From NCBI RefSeq assembly GCF_028641065.1, contig NC_073389.1, positions 11,470,001 through 11,534,000 of the forward strand: a stretch of DNA of 64,000 nucleotides, written 5' to 3'. This document shows, in pieces, positions 1 to 10,650 of the stretch; within the stretch, counting starts at the first letter, position 1, and the number at the start of each line of letters is the position of its first letter. The notes beneath the pieces are model-generated. The model searched no databases, had not been told where the DNA came from, and worked only from the letters and a program-made list of their open reading frames with translations. The position numbers and the translations under genes were made by a program. This DNA comes from Leucoraja erinacea. Its lineage: Eukaryota.

Positions 1-466
1 ATTCCACCTGGGAAGCGGCAGCTGGCAAGAGGGGAGGGAGCTCTACAGTGACCGAGCGTGGCCTGTTGTTGGTAGCGGCCTGAAGAAAGAGCTGTCCCCA
101 CGGGCTACAATTTGATCCGCAACAACAGCCGGGTCACTGGACCGTGCAGCAGCCGATGAAGAAGCGCTCCCTGCTGCAGCCCAGCAACATAGGCTGCTAG
201 TTTCAAGGTGAAACGACAGAGTGTTGAAGTAACTCATCAGACTGAATCAGTCTGAAGAACCGCCCAGATATCACCTATTCATGTTCTCTAGTGATCTGCC
301 CGAACCGCTGAGTTACTTTAGCACTTTGTGTCCTTTTACGTATTAACCATCATCTGCATTCTTTGTTTCAACTACATACAATAATACCGTACTCAGTTAT
401 AATGAACAATCTGCAAGAATGGACGCCAATCCCTCCCCTATGGTCCGTTATAATGAGGGTTTAATG
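1..466. mobile_element. Tc1/mariner (Tigger/pogo-like) MITE, truncated by the window start, with a nested Penelope-type inverted terminal repeat (~201-375)
   Basis: Terminus ...GGTCCGTTATAATGAGGGTTTAATG|TA; internal GC-rich sequence shared with the copy at 16599-17156. Confidence 0.55.
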
Positions 467-1379
467 TATATTGGTAGTAGGAACTGAAGGTACAAGACAC
501 AATGCAGGCATTAGAGAAATTAAGCTTGGAGTTTTAAAAACGTTTGAGTACATTTTCAGGTTGATCCATTGCCAAACATCATATTGGTGGTCTACAGCTT
601 AAGATGGAAAGATGGAAATAAATAACAACGATGTGGAGAGTCAACAGAATACATATTGCTCAGCGTAGATGCATTATCTATTTAAAAACTGATGAATGCA
701 TGAGTAATGCTAGAGGTGAGAACATGGCACCATAGAAAATAGGGTTATGGATATGTAACATGAAAGAAGAAGGGGGATAATCGCAAAAGGTTAATTGCAT
801 TGTGGCATTGAATGAAGATAGCACGGGCATTTGCCAAAATGACAGAAATGGGTTGAGTTGAGTTTAGTTTATTGTCTATAGTAACAAGCACATTTTGCCT
901 ATTTTGTATTGTGGAGGATTACATAGGATGGATGACACAAAACCAGGCTGTTCAATGAAACAAGTCTCTGCAGATAGATATGGTTCACTTACGCCTTCTA
1001 CCGTGGTACCTTATTTAAGCCAGAACAGTGTTCTCATCATATTTCCTATCCATCCTCCTCGAACATGCAAATCATCAAATGTTCTTTTAACATCGTTCCA
1101 AATTCTCACTTTTGTGTGTAAAGAAATTTCTTCCTATTTCCCTCGGTTTTCTTACAGCTATCTTACATTGATGACCTTAATTTATGCTTTTTCTCAAAAC
1201 TGGAAACATTTTCTCAATATCTATTCTATGAACACCATTCTTGGGTCACCCCTCAGCCTTTTTCCAAGAGAAAAGGGATCCAACATATTCATTTTTACCT
1301 GTGTATTCTCTTGCATTTCCAAAATTATCCTTGTAAATCATCTCTCTCAATTGTGCTTTTCATAATATGACAATCGGGG

Positions 1380-1860
1380 ATAGATACAAAATGCTGGAGT
1401 AACTCAGCGGGACAGGCAGCATCCCTGGAGAGAAGGAATGGGTGACGTTTCGGGTCGAAACCCTTCTTTGGACTGATGTCAGGGGTGGGCGGTACAGAAA
1501 GGTTCTGGGTTAAGACATGGTCGTAGAGTCGGAGGGCAGGAGGAATCACAGAGGGGGAGCAGGGAGAGAAGATGTTGTTGAACTCTCATCGGAGAGAGGA
1601 GGAGAGCTTCAAAGTTCTCATACCCAGAGAATTGTGAATTTGTGGAATTCTCTGCCTCAGAAGGCTGTGGAGGCCGATTCACTGGATACATTCAAAAGAG
1701 AGTTAGATGGAGCTCTTAGGGCTAGCGGAATCAAGGGATGTGGGGAGAAGGCAGGAACGGGGTACTGATTGGGGATGATCATCCACGATCACATTGAATG
1801 ACGGTGCTGGCTCGAAGGGCCGAATGGCATACTCGTGCACCTATTTTCTATGTATCTATG
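1380..1860. mobile_element. Penelope-type terminal repeat followed by a CR1-type LINE 3' end
   Basis: AAAATGCTGGAGTAACTCAGCGGG...GACGTTTCGGGTCG repeat, then RIVNLWNSLPQKAVEA..FKRELD and the CR1 tail GAAGGGCCGAATGGC...TTCTAT. Confidence 0.8.
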
Positions 1861-2430
1861 TATGGTATTATATATATTATACACGTTTACTATATTATAG
1901 TCGCTCTTGCCTTGATGTTCCCTCACTTTTACGAATTTTCGCTGATTAATTGCACATTTCAAGATCAAATAGCAGGGGGGCTTTTTCAATTTTTTACGAT
2001 AGATTTGAAAGGAATTCTGTATGGAACAGCATCTCCTTACCTATTTTATCCTTCACTTCCATTTTATTAATATTGGTTGGTTGAAATCCCTCATGACTTA
2101 TTTTACATTTTACATAAGATAACTGCATAGATGTGGGCAACATTCTTATCATCAGGCTACAGTTAGACTTCTGTACATAATTCACCAAATACGGATTTCA
2201 TGAACATCAACCAGTATGAATTTCATGAACAGCAACAAGTATTATCATAAATAAAGCATACAATATGCTTTGTTTCACATTCATTTCAGAATGTAATATC
2301 TTAATGTAATTTCATACACATGCATCTAGGATCAAGCATTTACAGCTTGGCACAACAGTTAACTTAAAATGTTAAGCCATTTAATAAATCTTAGATAAAA
2401 GTGAAAAAACAATACTGTTTTTAAAAATAC

Positions 2431-2584
2431 CTTTTAACATCCAGTGCTGATGTTTGTACCTGATTTTTCAGCCATGTTGCAGAGCTATGAAAGAAACCAT
2501 ATTTTCTTAAATGTCCTTCTTGCTGATTAATTAGTGAAGTTAATCCCAGCAACCAGGCATTCTTTAGTTTATCCAAAGCAGTAT
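2431..2584 (-). CDS. LTN1: LTN1 exon 14 (DTALDKLKNAWLLGLTSL...WLKNQVQTSALDVK); gene continues beyond the window start
   Basis: Manual translation matches the listerin KLKNxWL...WLKNQVQxSxLD segment; 154 nt; phase joins exon 13 across a 19.8-kb intron. Confidence 0.93.
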
Positions 2585-3049
2585 CTAAAGCAGAAAGAAA
2601 AATCCTAAATTAATACGCTTCAATCATGCAGTCATTCATACTTGTTTTGAGATTTGGGAACCTTTCTACGAAAATGATTGTTTATACAAATGACACGGCA
2701 AATGAATATCTAAGAATGAATTCAACAAAGCATGTTTTTCCATCTCAAATAAACATAAATATTAATATATATAATATATAAATCTATATGATATATAAAT
2801 AAACAAGTAATATATAAATAAGATAAATATAAACCTGTGAGCTTTCGTTTTCTGGAGATCCTACAATTTCAAATTTTTACTGTCTATTTGGTGTAACGAA
2901 ATAATGGACAATCATTTTATTCTATATTATTATAAACTTTGTTTCAGACTTAAGGTCCACACAAGAGACGGCATTACATAAAATATATTGCATATAAAAC
3001 ACCATAAAATACATAAAAAAGCTTAGTAAATTACTTATAAGAGCATCAT

Positions 3050-4610
3050 AAATTATATACAAAAACACAATACATGATTTAAAATCCAGAATAAAAAGAA
3101 AGGTCAGTGTCCTACAACGAGACAACTATACCAATGTCTCCACAACTGGGATTGGTAGCCTGTAGTGCTAAACCTTATGTTTGATAAGATCTTGATAATT
3201 ACATTTTCAGAGTCATTAATCCTGCAGATAAATTTATGCATATGATTTCTTAGGATGGCTTCTAAAGTACTGACTCCTGCAGCCACAAACAATTCATTAG
3301 CACTACACCATGTAGGTTTCCTTAGCAGTGTTCTTATGGCATAATTATAAGCCACCTTTAGTCTCTGTAAGGTACACAAAAATGCTGGAGAAACTCAGCA
3401 GGTGCAGCAGCATCTATGGAGCGAAGGAAATGGGCGACTTTTGGGGCCAAAACCCTTCTTCAGACTGAAACCCTTCTTCAGAATTCCTTTCAAAGGGTTT
3501 CGGCCCGAAACGTCGCCCATTCCCTTCGCTCCATAGATGCTGCTGCACCCGCTGAGTTTCTCCAGCATTTTTGTGTACCTTCGATCTTCCAGCATCTGCA
3601 GTTCCTTCTTGAACACCTTTAGTCTCTGTAAACCTCTCTTCACCTCTGCCTATCCTTAGCCCCACGTCCCCCTCCCTTTTCATCTGTGCATTAATTGCCT
3701 CATATTGTGTTTTGAATTGTATTCTGTCTTTACTTTGTGTACTAGTCATGTCTCTACTATTTATTTCATTCGCCTTACATGTTTTTCCTCTACCTGCTAA
3801 ATTTTTGTAAGGTGTCCTTGAGACTCTTGAAAGGCGCCCATGAATAAAATTTATTATTATTTATTATTAAACTTGTTTTTCCGTAGTTTGATCACATGTG
3901 TGCAGTATAGAGTGGTGTGCAATATGCTCCAAACAGAGACATCTTCACCACATCTGTACACGCACCAAATTAACGCAAGAGAATATTTGCCTGTACATAC
4001 AGTATACACCGTTGCCTATAAATATCCTCATCATCTGTCATTTGTCAGATTTACGCATCCCTCTTTGACTCAATTTAACAAACAACTTTCTATGATTAAC
4101 ACGATAAAAGGCTTTGGAAGCATTAATAAAGCACATAACAATTGATGAGTTTTTACCTCCATATTTGTTTACAATCTCCTTTAGGAGTGTGGAATTAACA
4201 ACTCATTTAATCTATCCAGCAGAATTCTTTCTAGGATTTTTGATAATATGCTGGCTAAAGCTATGGTCCTGTAATTATTTAGGTTGCCTAATTACCAGCT
4301 TTGTCCTTACTGACCGGCACTAGCAGAACAGACAACATTGAGTCTGGTAACAAGCCATGCATCATAAAGCCGGTAAAACAAATACCAAGCAGAGGAGCCA
4401 TCCTCATACTCGCATACTTAAGATGTTCAGCAGAAATGTGATCCAAGCCACTTGCTTTGTTGTTGGACAGCTTGTTCATGGCATGATACACCTCATGTGA
4501 CATAATCACCATTGAGTCATTACTCCCAATATTGTCCACCTTATGCAAATCACAGAATATAGTAGGCACGAATACAGAACATATCATATCAGTGTGCCCA
4601 TACACCATTA
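3050..4610 (-). mobile_element. Degenerate non-LTR retrotransposon ORF2 (RT) fragments, interrupted by other repeats
   Basis: NKASGLDHISAEHLKYA...LVPVSKDK (RT domain 0/1) at 4288-4608 and C-terminal VAYNYAIRTLL...LEAILRN at 3104-3370. Confidence 0.75.
3371..3613. mobile_element. Penelope-type inverted terminal-repeat insertion with an 18-bp target-site duplication
   Basis: Arms 3371-3460 and 3493-3580 are reverse complements; CACCTTTAGTCTCTGTAA at 3353-3370 and 3614-3631. Confidence 0.85.
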
Positions 4611-4689
4611 TATAAATATATACACATCAATAAATATGCAGATAAAATGCTAATAAATAGATCATGGTCTATTAGTGTTCAGAGATTTG

Positions 4690-5690
4690 TTTCAGTTGAG
4701 TTTAATAGCCAGATGGCTGTGGGGAAGCAGCTATTTCTGAACCTGGATGTTGCAGTCTTCAGGCTCCTGTACCTTCTACCTCAAGGTAGTGGGGAGATGA
4801 GTGTGTGGCCAGGGTGGTGTGGGGTCCTTGATGATGCTGCCAGCCTTTTTGAGGCAGCAACTGCGATAGATCCTCCCGATAGTAGGGAGGTCAGAGCCGA
4901 AGATGGACAGGGCAGTGTTTACTACTTTTTGTAGTCTTTTCCGCTCCTGGGCGCTCAAGTTGCCGAACCAAGCCACGATGCAACCGGTCAGCATGCACTC
5001 TACTGTGTACCTGTAGAAGTTAGAGAGAGTCCTCCTTGACATACGGACCGCAGATGTGCTTCAGTAATTGGATCAGTGTTCTCGGACCAGGAGAGATCTT
5101 CAGAAATATGCACACCCAGGAATTTGAAGCTCTTGATGCTCTCTACCATCGACCCGTTGATATAAACGGGACTGTGGGTCCCCATCCTACCCCTTCCAAA
5201 GTCCACAATCAATTCCATGGTTTTGCTGGTGTTGAGAGCCAGGTTATTGTGTTGGCACCATTTGGTCAGTCGGTCGATCTCACTTCTATACTCCGACTCG
5301 TCCCCATCAGTGATACGTCCCACAACAGTGGTGTCGTCAGCGAACGTGATGATGGAGTTCGCACTATGACCGGCTACGCAGTCATGAGTATAGAGCGAGT
5401 ACAGCAGGGGGCTGAGCACGCAGCCTTGAGGTGCTCCCGTGCTGATTGTTATCGAGGCTGACACATTTCCACCAATATGAACAGTCTGTGGTCTTTGAAT
5501 GAGGAAGTCGAGGATCCAATTGCAGAGGGATACGCAGAGACCCAGATCTGAGAGCTTGCTTGGAGGGGATGATTGTATTAAATGTAATCAATGAATAACA
5601 GCCTGAGTTTTTGTTCTCCAAGTGGTCCAGAGTGGAGTGGAGAGCCAGCAAGATCGCATCCACCGTTGATCTGTTGTGTCGGTATGATAG
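4690..5690 (-). mobile_element. Rex1/Babar-clade non-LTR retrotransposon RT fragment
   Basis: [22 protein letters not shown]...FADDTTVVG...[14 protein letters not shown]; frameshifted. Confidence 0.88.
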
Positions 5691-5984
5691 CTGTGGTAAA
5701 ACTGACCAACATCCAGTTATTATGGAAACAAATACCATTATTTCCAAATTCTTGTCCTCGTTAGAAACTATTCTCAGAAGTACAATCACTATTCTTTCGC
5801 TGTTGTGTCAAAATCCTGAAATCCACCCAACTAAAAGCATGATAGGAATAAACTGTACTACATAGGCTTCAGTGCTTTAAGAGACTAGTTCATCACTAGT
5901 CTCTCAAGGGCAATGTAGAGAAGTAATATATCCTTGCTTTGTCACCAACAAGCAGATCATTTATTTCACTGGAACCCAAACTTT

Positions 5985-6562
5985 TTCGGGCCATTTTTTG
6001 GCTCCATAAGCTCACCCCCCTTGCACCTTATCCTACCCGATAAATAGTCTTGTTCAGAATAGCGATTTGCACGACCCAGTAAGGAAGATAATAACACAAT
6101 AAAATTTAAAACAGTAACAATAAATTGCACATTTATTCAAAATCCAATCACAACTTTTAGTTTAAATTAATTTAACAACATTGATGAATTTGATCCAATG
6201 ATACCAGCTTTTCAAAGTCTAAGTTATTTAGCAAGTCTTAGAGGCCACATTTAGTAACTACTTCAGTGTTCAGTAAATTCTGAATGCGATGGATGGGCTT
6301 CATGAAATGATACCAGTTTTGCAAACTTCAAAAAGTTCCAAGAAATACTATCTAGCAAAACAGTCCACGCTCTTAGCGAGGTCAGTGGAACGCACGGCAG
6401 AACAACTGCCCCGTAATCATGTCAAGTGCATATTGCCACCTCTGTTGCCCATTGTCCTGCCCACCTCCAGCACCCCCCTGCCATGTTCGTATCTCTTAGC
6501 ACCCTCTAGGTAATCTCATAGCCCTCTACAGGGTGGAACCTCTCACTTTGGGAACCATTTAT
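5985..6562 (-). mobile_element. Degenerate hAT (Charlie-like) element remnant
   Basis: Eroded termini CACTGGAACCCAAACT / TTTGGGAACCATT and minus-strand LDFEKLVSLDQIHQ resembling a hAT transposase C-terminus. Confidence 0.45.
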
Positions 6563-8139
6563 TTATATGAACGTAAAAGGAAGTTTTAATCCCAATAAAC
6601 CTACTTTTTTTCCCGCCCTTGATAACTTGTATTGATAAGTTTTCCTTTTTATTGCAAATTTAATTTATAAATTCATTCCGGTTGTATTTGTTTACTATGA
6701 GCTTGTTCTACAAGCAGGATAACATTTCCTTACTATGTTACTAACAACTAAGTTTAGTAACAACTTAGTTGTAGCATATTGTTAGTTAGTTAGGGCATGC
6801 TGCAGATGGTGCTAACACAAGTACAAGTTCTAGAACAGTGATCAATGTTCAGCTGCTTCAGACCAAATGTGATGAGTTATGAGTGACAATGCTTAATCTG
6901 GAGAAGTACATATACATGCACTTAATTATTATTTTCTATACTTTTTTTTCCGATAGATCACTTCCCTGTTTTACTGGTTTAAAGCATTTACCAAAGTTTC
7001 CTCTTTCTGGTTGGAGACTAGTTCCATTCCAGTTCAAATGCAGCCCACCCTATGGGTTTCTCTCTATACTGGAAAACCTTTTCTTGTATCGATCCTTCTG
7101 TCATAAGCTTCTCCTGATCCATCTCCTTCAACGCCAACCTCAAGATATCACTTTTCAATTTAGCTTCAATATTTCTATTACCACGTGGACAAAAACACCG
7201 GATTTTCCTCTTTCTTTCAAAATTCCTCTAAAGAAATTCTCTTACTGTGACAATGGATTTGGTTCCGGGCCACAGAAGATGCTATTGATATCCTTAGCAG
7301 CATTACTACTGCATTTCTGTTGCACTATGTCTTGAAGCAGCTGTATCATTCCATCGTCTGCACTTTGGATATCTTCCTGACAATCCCTTTCCATGTCCTG
7401 CCATGTCTGGTGGCGAGGGTTGTGGGTGAAGATGGGATGGAGAGGGGTGAGGTGGGGGATAGGGAGGAGAGAAGAGTGGCAAGAGATTTCCCTCAAAGTG
7501 TTCCCCCACCCTCCTCCCCACAGATTATATGGGATTTGGGCAAGTCCAATATGTATAGTGTTGTAGGAGTCATAATTGTGATTTATACCCTCCAGCATAC
7601 ATCACAAAAAGACGTTGACTGAATTTTATCATTTATATCCCTGAAAACCTCAGAAATAAATTTCAAATCTGAATAAAACTACAGATTATCATAAAAATTC
7701 AAAGAATAATGAAAATATTGCATGCAGAGGGAAAATGTAACAAGTATTTCAGACATATCAATCTCCTACCACATAAATGAATGGAAATATCTTTTTCAAT
7801 TAGTGCTAAATTAATTATGGCCAACTATGGCAAATACAGAACACGTAGACCAGCGATTTCAGTATGATTAAGACAGTATTTATTTTAGTGTCCTATTTGT
7901 TTTGTCTGTTACATTTCAATAACAGCAACAGCAGAGAATATCTCTTTAAAGTTCACTGCCTGTTGCTTTATTGAATAATTCAATGAAATTTTACTTCAAC
8001 AATCTGTCAGTATTAAGATGCAATTTGTCTGCAGCAAAACCTGACAAGGCAACGGCACAGTAGTTTTAATGGGTTGCAGTTCCAAAGAATAACCAAGAGG
8101 CATGGTTTATTGTGCATGACACTAATTCAATAGGCTGTG

Positions 8140-8290
8140 ACTTACGTGGTCTGCATGATTGACTGTACTGCCATTCACATTATAGTGTAATTGCTTGCAG
8201 ACCATTTCAATCAACATTCAAGTTGAGATTTTCTCCCGGTACGCAACCAAAGGAAGTCAGACAAATGTATTTAAATATAATTGACTGTAT
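8140..8290 (+). promoter_or_regulatory. Putative proximal promoter of the apelin-like gene
   Basis: TATA-like TATTTAAATATAA at ~8268-8280, GGAAGT (ETS-like) at ~8252, TACGTG (HRE core) at 8143-8148. Short motifs only. Confidence 0.3.
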
Positions 8291-8339
8291 TTACGTTCTG
8301 TATTAGTAATTGAATATATCCCATGCATTCATCAAAATA

Positions 8340-8403
8340 ATGAATGTTAAGTATATCATTGTTTTTCTAACCATTTTGATAACAATGTCATCAATATGCA
8401 AAG
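8340..8403 (+). CDS. Apelin-like prepropeptide, coding exon 1 (signal peptide MNVKYIIVFLTILITMSSICK-G), nested antisense in LTN1 intron 13
   Basis: ATG at 8340, basic N-terminus then a hydrophobic core, ends in a perfect phase-1 donor AAAG|GTAAGT (GT 8404-8405). The MNVK start resembles teleost preproapelin as recalled. Confidence 0.85.
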
Positions 8404-8820
8404 GTAAGTGCTGCATTTTATTACATTAAATGCAATTATGTTACAGTATGCCAAGTACAAATTGTAATTCAAACAAAGATAAACAGCATTTTAAACTATG
8501 TGCTGAAATCATTTTACTGCGTCACAAAGTAACAGCAGTTTTCAATGCATTGCTTCCGTGGCTAGCTCGCACTGGCAGCAATTGATAACGATAGAAAGTT
8601 AAAGGAATACCTACATCATTTTAACTGTATTTTGTCTTCTTTCAAGATGTAATGTATGTAGTTAGTCTTTGGAAGTTAATGGCAATATATCCAAATTTAT
8701 GAAATAACCTTTAGTTATTGCTACCAATTTGCCAAGTGATTGGGACAAGCTGTGTTCTCATGGTTATAGAAGTCACAGTATGCAATCAAATCTTGATTGA
8801 TTTATGTATTCCTTTGTTAG

Positions 8821-8981
8821 GACTCCAGCAGTTTACTCGTTGGGTACAAATAAAGCCTGGGGAAGATGCTGGTCAATCAGTAAACCGTGTCATTCGATGT
8901 TCAGGATGCAAACAGTCAGCTACAAGGGAAAATAAACGCCCCCGACCTAAACTCTCTCGCAAAGGTCCACTGCCTTTCTAA
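8821..8981 (+). CDS. Apelin-like prepropeptide, coding exon 2 (G-LQQFTRWVQIKPGEDAGQSVNRVIRCSGCKQSATRENKRPRPKLSRKGPLPF*)
   Basis: Acceptor TTCCTTTGTTAG| (AG 8819-8820), phase 1 in frame with exon 1. The C-terminal PRPKLSRKGPLPF matches apelin-13 (Q/P-RPRLSHKGPMPF) after a KR dibasic site. TAA at 8979-8981 is followed by donor CAG|GTAATA (GT 8988-8989). Spliced CDS is 225 nt = 74 aa. Symbol withheld because orthology versus paralogy to APLN is unresolved. Confidence 0.88.
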
Positions 8982-9252
8982 GATCAGGTAATAAAACCTT
9001 GAACAAGTGCCTTCTTTGGTTATTCTTCAGACTACAATACTAAAATGTTGTTGATGAATAGGGATAGAGTATTGAAATAAAAATTGTCAAAAATGAAAAG
9101 GAATTGAGAGCAAAAAAAAAGGGGTTTTCAGAATCAAAACTTTAATGTTACTGTATAAAAGGTGTTTACTGAGGGACAAAGGTGCTAAAAAATTGATGGG
9201 TAGCAATGGAAAATAAAAATATTCTATTTAAGTAAGGGTGTTTATTTCTTAG

Positions 9253-9420
9253 ATCAAGATGGAGCAAGCCGAGGCCAGACTTGGAAGCACTCTCCACAAT
9301 TTGTATTAAAGACACTTCAATGCTAAGATTATATTTAATTCATTTTTTGACAGAACTGAAAATGCTTTAATAAAACTAGTTTGCAGACCAATAAAAATAA
9401 AAGCTAAAAGTGAGATAGAC
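9253..9420 (+). other. Candidate non-coding last exon (3' UTR) of the apelin-like gene
   Basis: Acceptor GTTTATTTCTTAG| at 9251-9252, then AATAAA at 9369, 9390 and 9396. An alternative strong acceptor exists at 11223-11224. Confidence 0.45.
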
Positions 9421-9614
9421 AAAACATTTCCGACTTATTTAATCACGTATCCTCTCCGCACGGATATCAATGCAAAGATAATAAGAAATGAGCAGAATTT
9501 AAGAAAACCCAAAGTTTAACTTAGCCAGCTATAATTATTCTAGAAAAAATGTAACAATGTACATTACCTATTATAACACAGTAAATCCATAGCCAGAGTA
9601 ATATGGGGCAATGT

Positions 9615-10650
9615 GTGTAGGAAAGAACAGCAGATGCTGGTTTAAATCGAAGATAGACACAAAATGCTGGAGTAACTCAGCGGGACAGGCAGCATCTCTG
9701 GAGGGAAGGAATGGATGACGTTTCAGGTCAAGACTCTTCTTCAGATTGATGTCAGGGGAGTTGGGGGCGGTAGAGAGATAAAATGTAGTCGGAGACAGTA
9801 AGACTGGTCAGAGAACTGGGAAGGGGGAGGGGATGAAGAAAGAATGAAAGCAAGGACTACATGAAGTTAGAGATGTCAATGCTCATACCGCTGGGGTGTA
9901 CCCAAGCAAAATATGAGGTGCTGTTCTTCCAATTTGCACTGGGCCTCAATCTGACAATGGGGAGGCCGAGGACAGAAAGGTCAATGTGGGAATGGGAGGG
10001 GAAGTTAAAGTGTTGAACAACCGGGAAATCAGGTAGGTTTAGGCGGTGTGAGCACAGGTGTTCAGCGAAATGATCGGCGAGTCTGCGCTTGGTCTCATCG
10101 ATATATATGAGTCTACACCTGGAACAGCGGATACAGTAGATGAGATTGGAGGAAGTACAAGTGAACCTCTGCCTCACCCGAAAAGACTGTTGGGATCCTT
10201 GGACGGAGTCAAGGGGGGAGGTATAGCGACAAGTGTTGCATCTCCTGCGGTTGCAGGGGATAGTACCTGGGGAGGAGGTGGTTTGGATGTGAAGGGACGA
10301 GTTGACCAGGAAGTTGTGGAGGGAACGGTCTCTGCGGAAAGCGGAAAGGGGGTGGAGATGGGAAGATGTGGCGAGGAGTGGGATCCCGTTGGAGGTGGCG
10401 AAAATGTCAGAGGACTATGTGCTGTGTGCGATGGCTGGTGGGGTGGAAGGTGAGGACTAGGGGGGCTCTGTCCTTGTTACGAATGGAGAGGGGGGGGGGG
10501 GGAAGCAGATTGGAGCTGCGGGAGATCAAGGACCAGCTAGTGAGAGCCTCATCTACAATGGAAGAGGAGAACCTCCATTCCCTAAATGAGGACATCGCCG
10601 ATGACCTGGTATGGAACACCTCATCTTGGGCCCAGATGTGGGGCAATACC
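9615..10650 (-). mobile_element. Penelope-like element 3' part (GIY-YIG endonuclease plus terminal repeat)
   Basis: RQRFTCTSSNLIYCIRCSRCRLIYIDETKRRLADHFAEHL and PLVLTFHPT motifs. Confidence 0.88.

Noticed and set aside
1994-2250. Possible LTN1 exon 15
   Set aside because: No clean open frame with AG/GT flanks; the pattern is a short tandem duplication (ATTTCATGAACA.CAAC.AGTAT). Exon 15 probably lies left of the window.
7279-7335. Signal-peptide-like mini-ORF MLLISLAALLLHFCCTMS upstream of the apelin-like gene
   Set aside because: It terminates at TGA with no credible splice donor, so it cannot join exon 2.
8718-8820. N-terminal part of ORF 8718-8981 as the start of the apelin-like protein
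   Set aside because: It begins at a non-ATG codon and runs through an intronic pyrimidine tract and acceptor; the signal-peptide exon at 8340-8403 supplies a proper in-phase start.
8821-8981. Identification as ELABELA/Apela
   Set aside because: The C-terminus is KGPLPF (apelin type), not HSRVPFP, and the Cys spacing and position differ.
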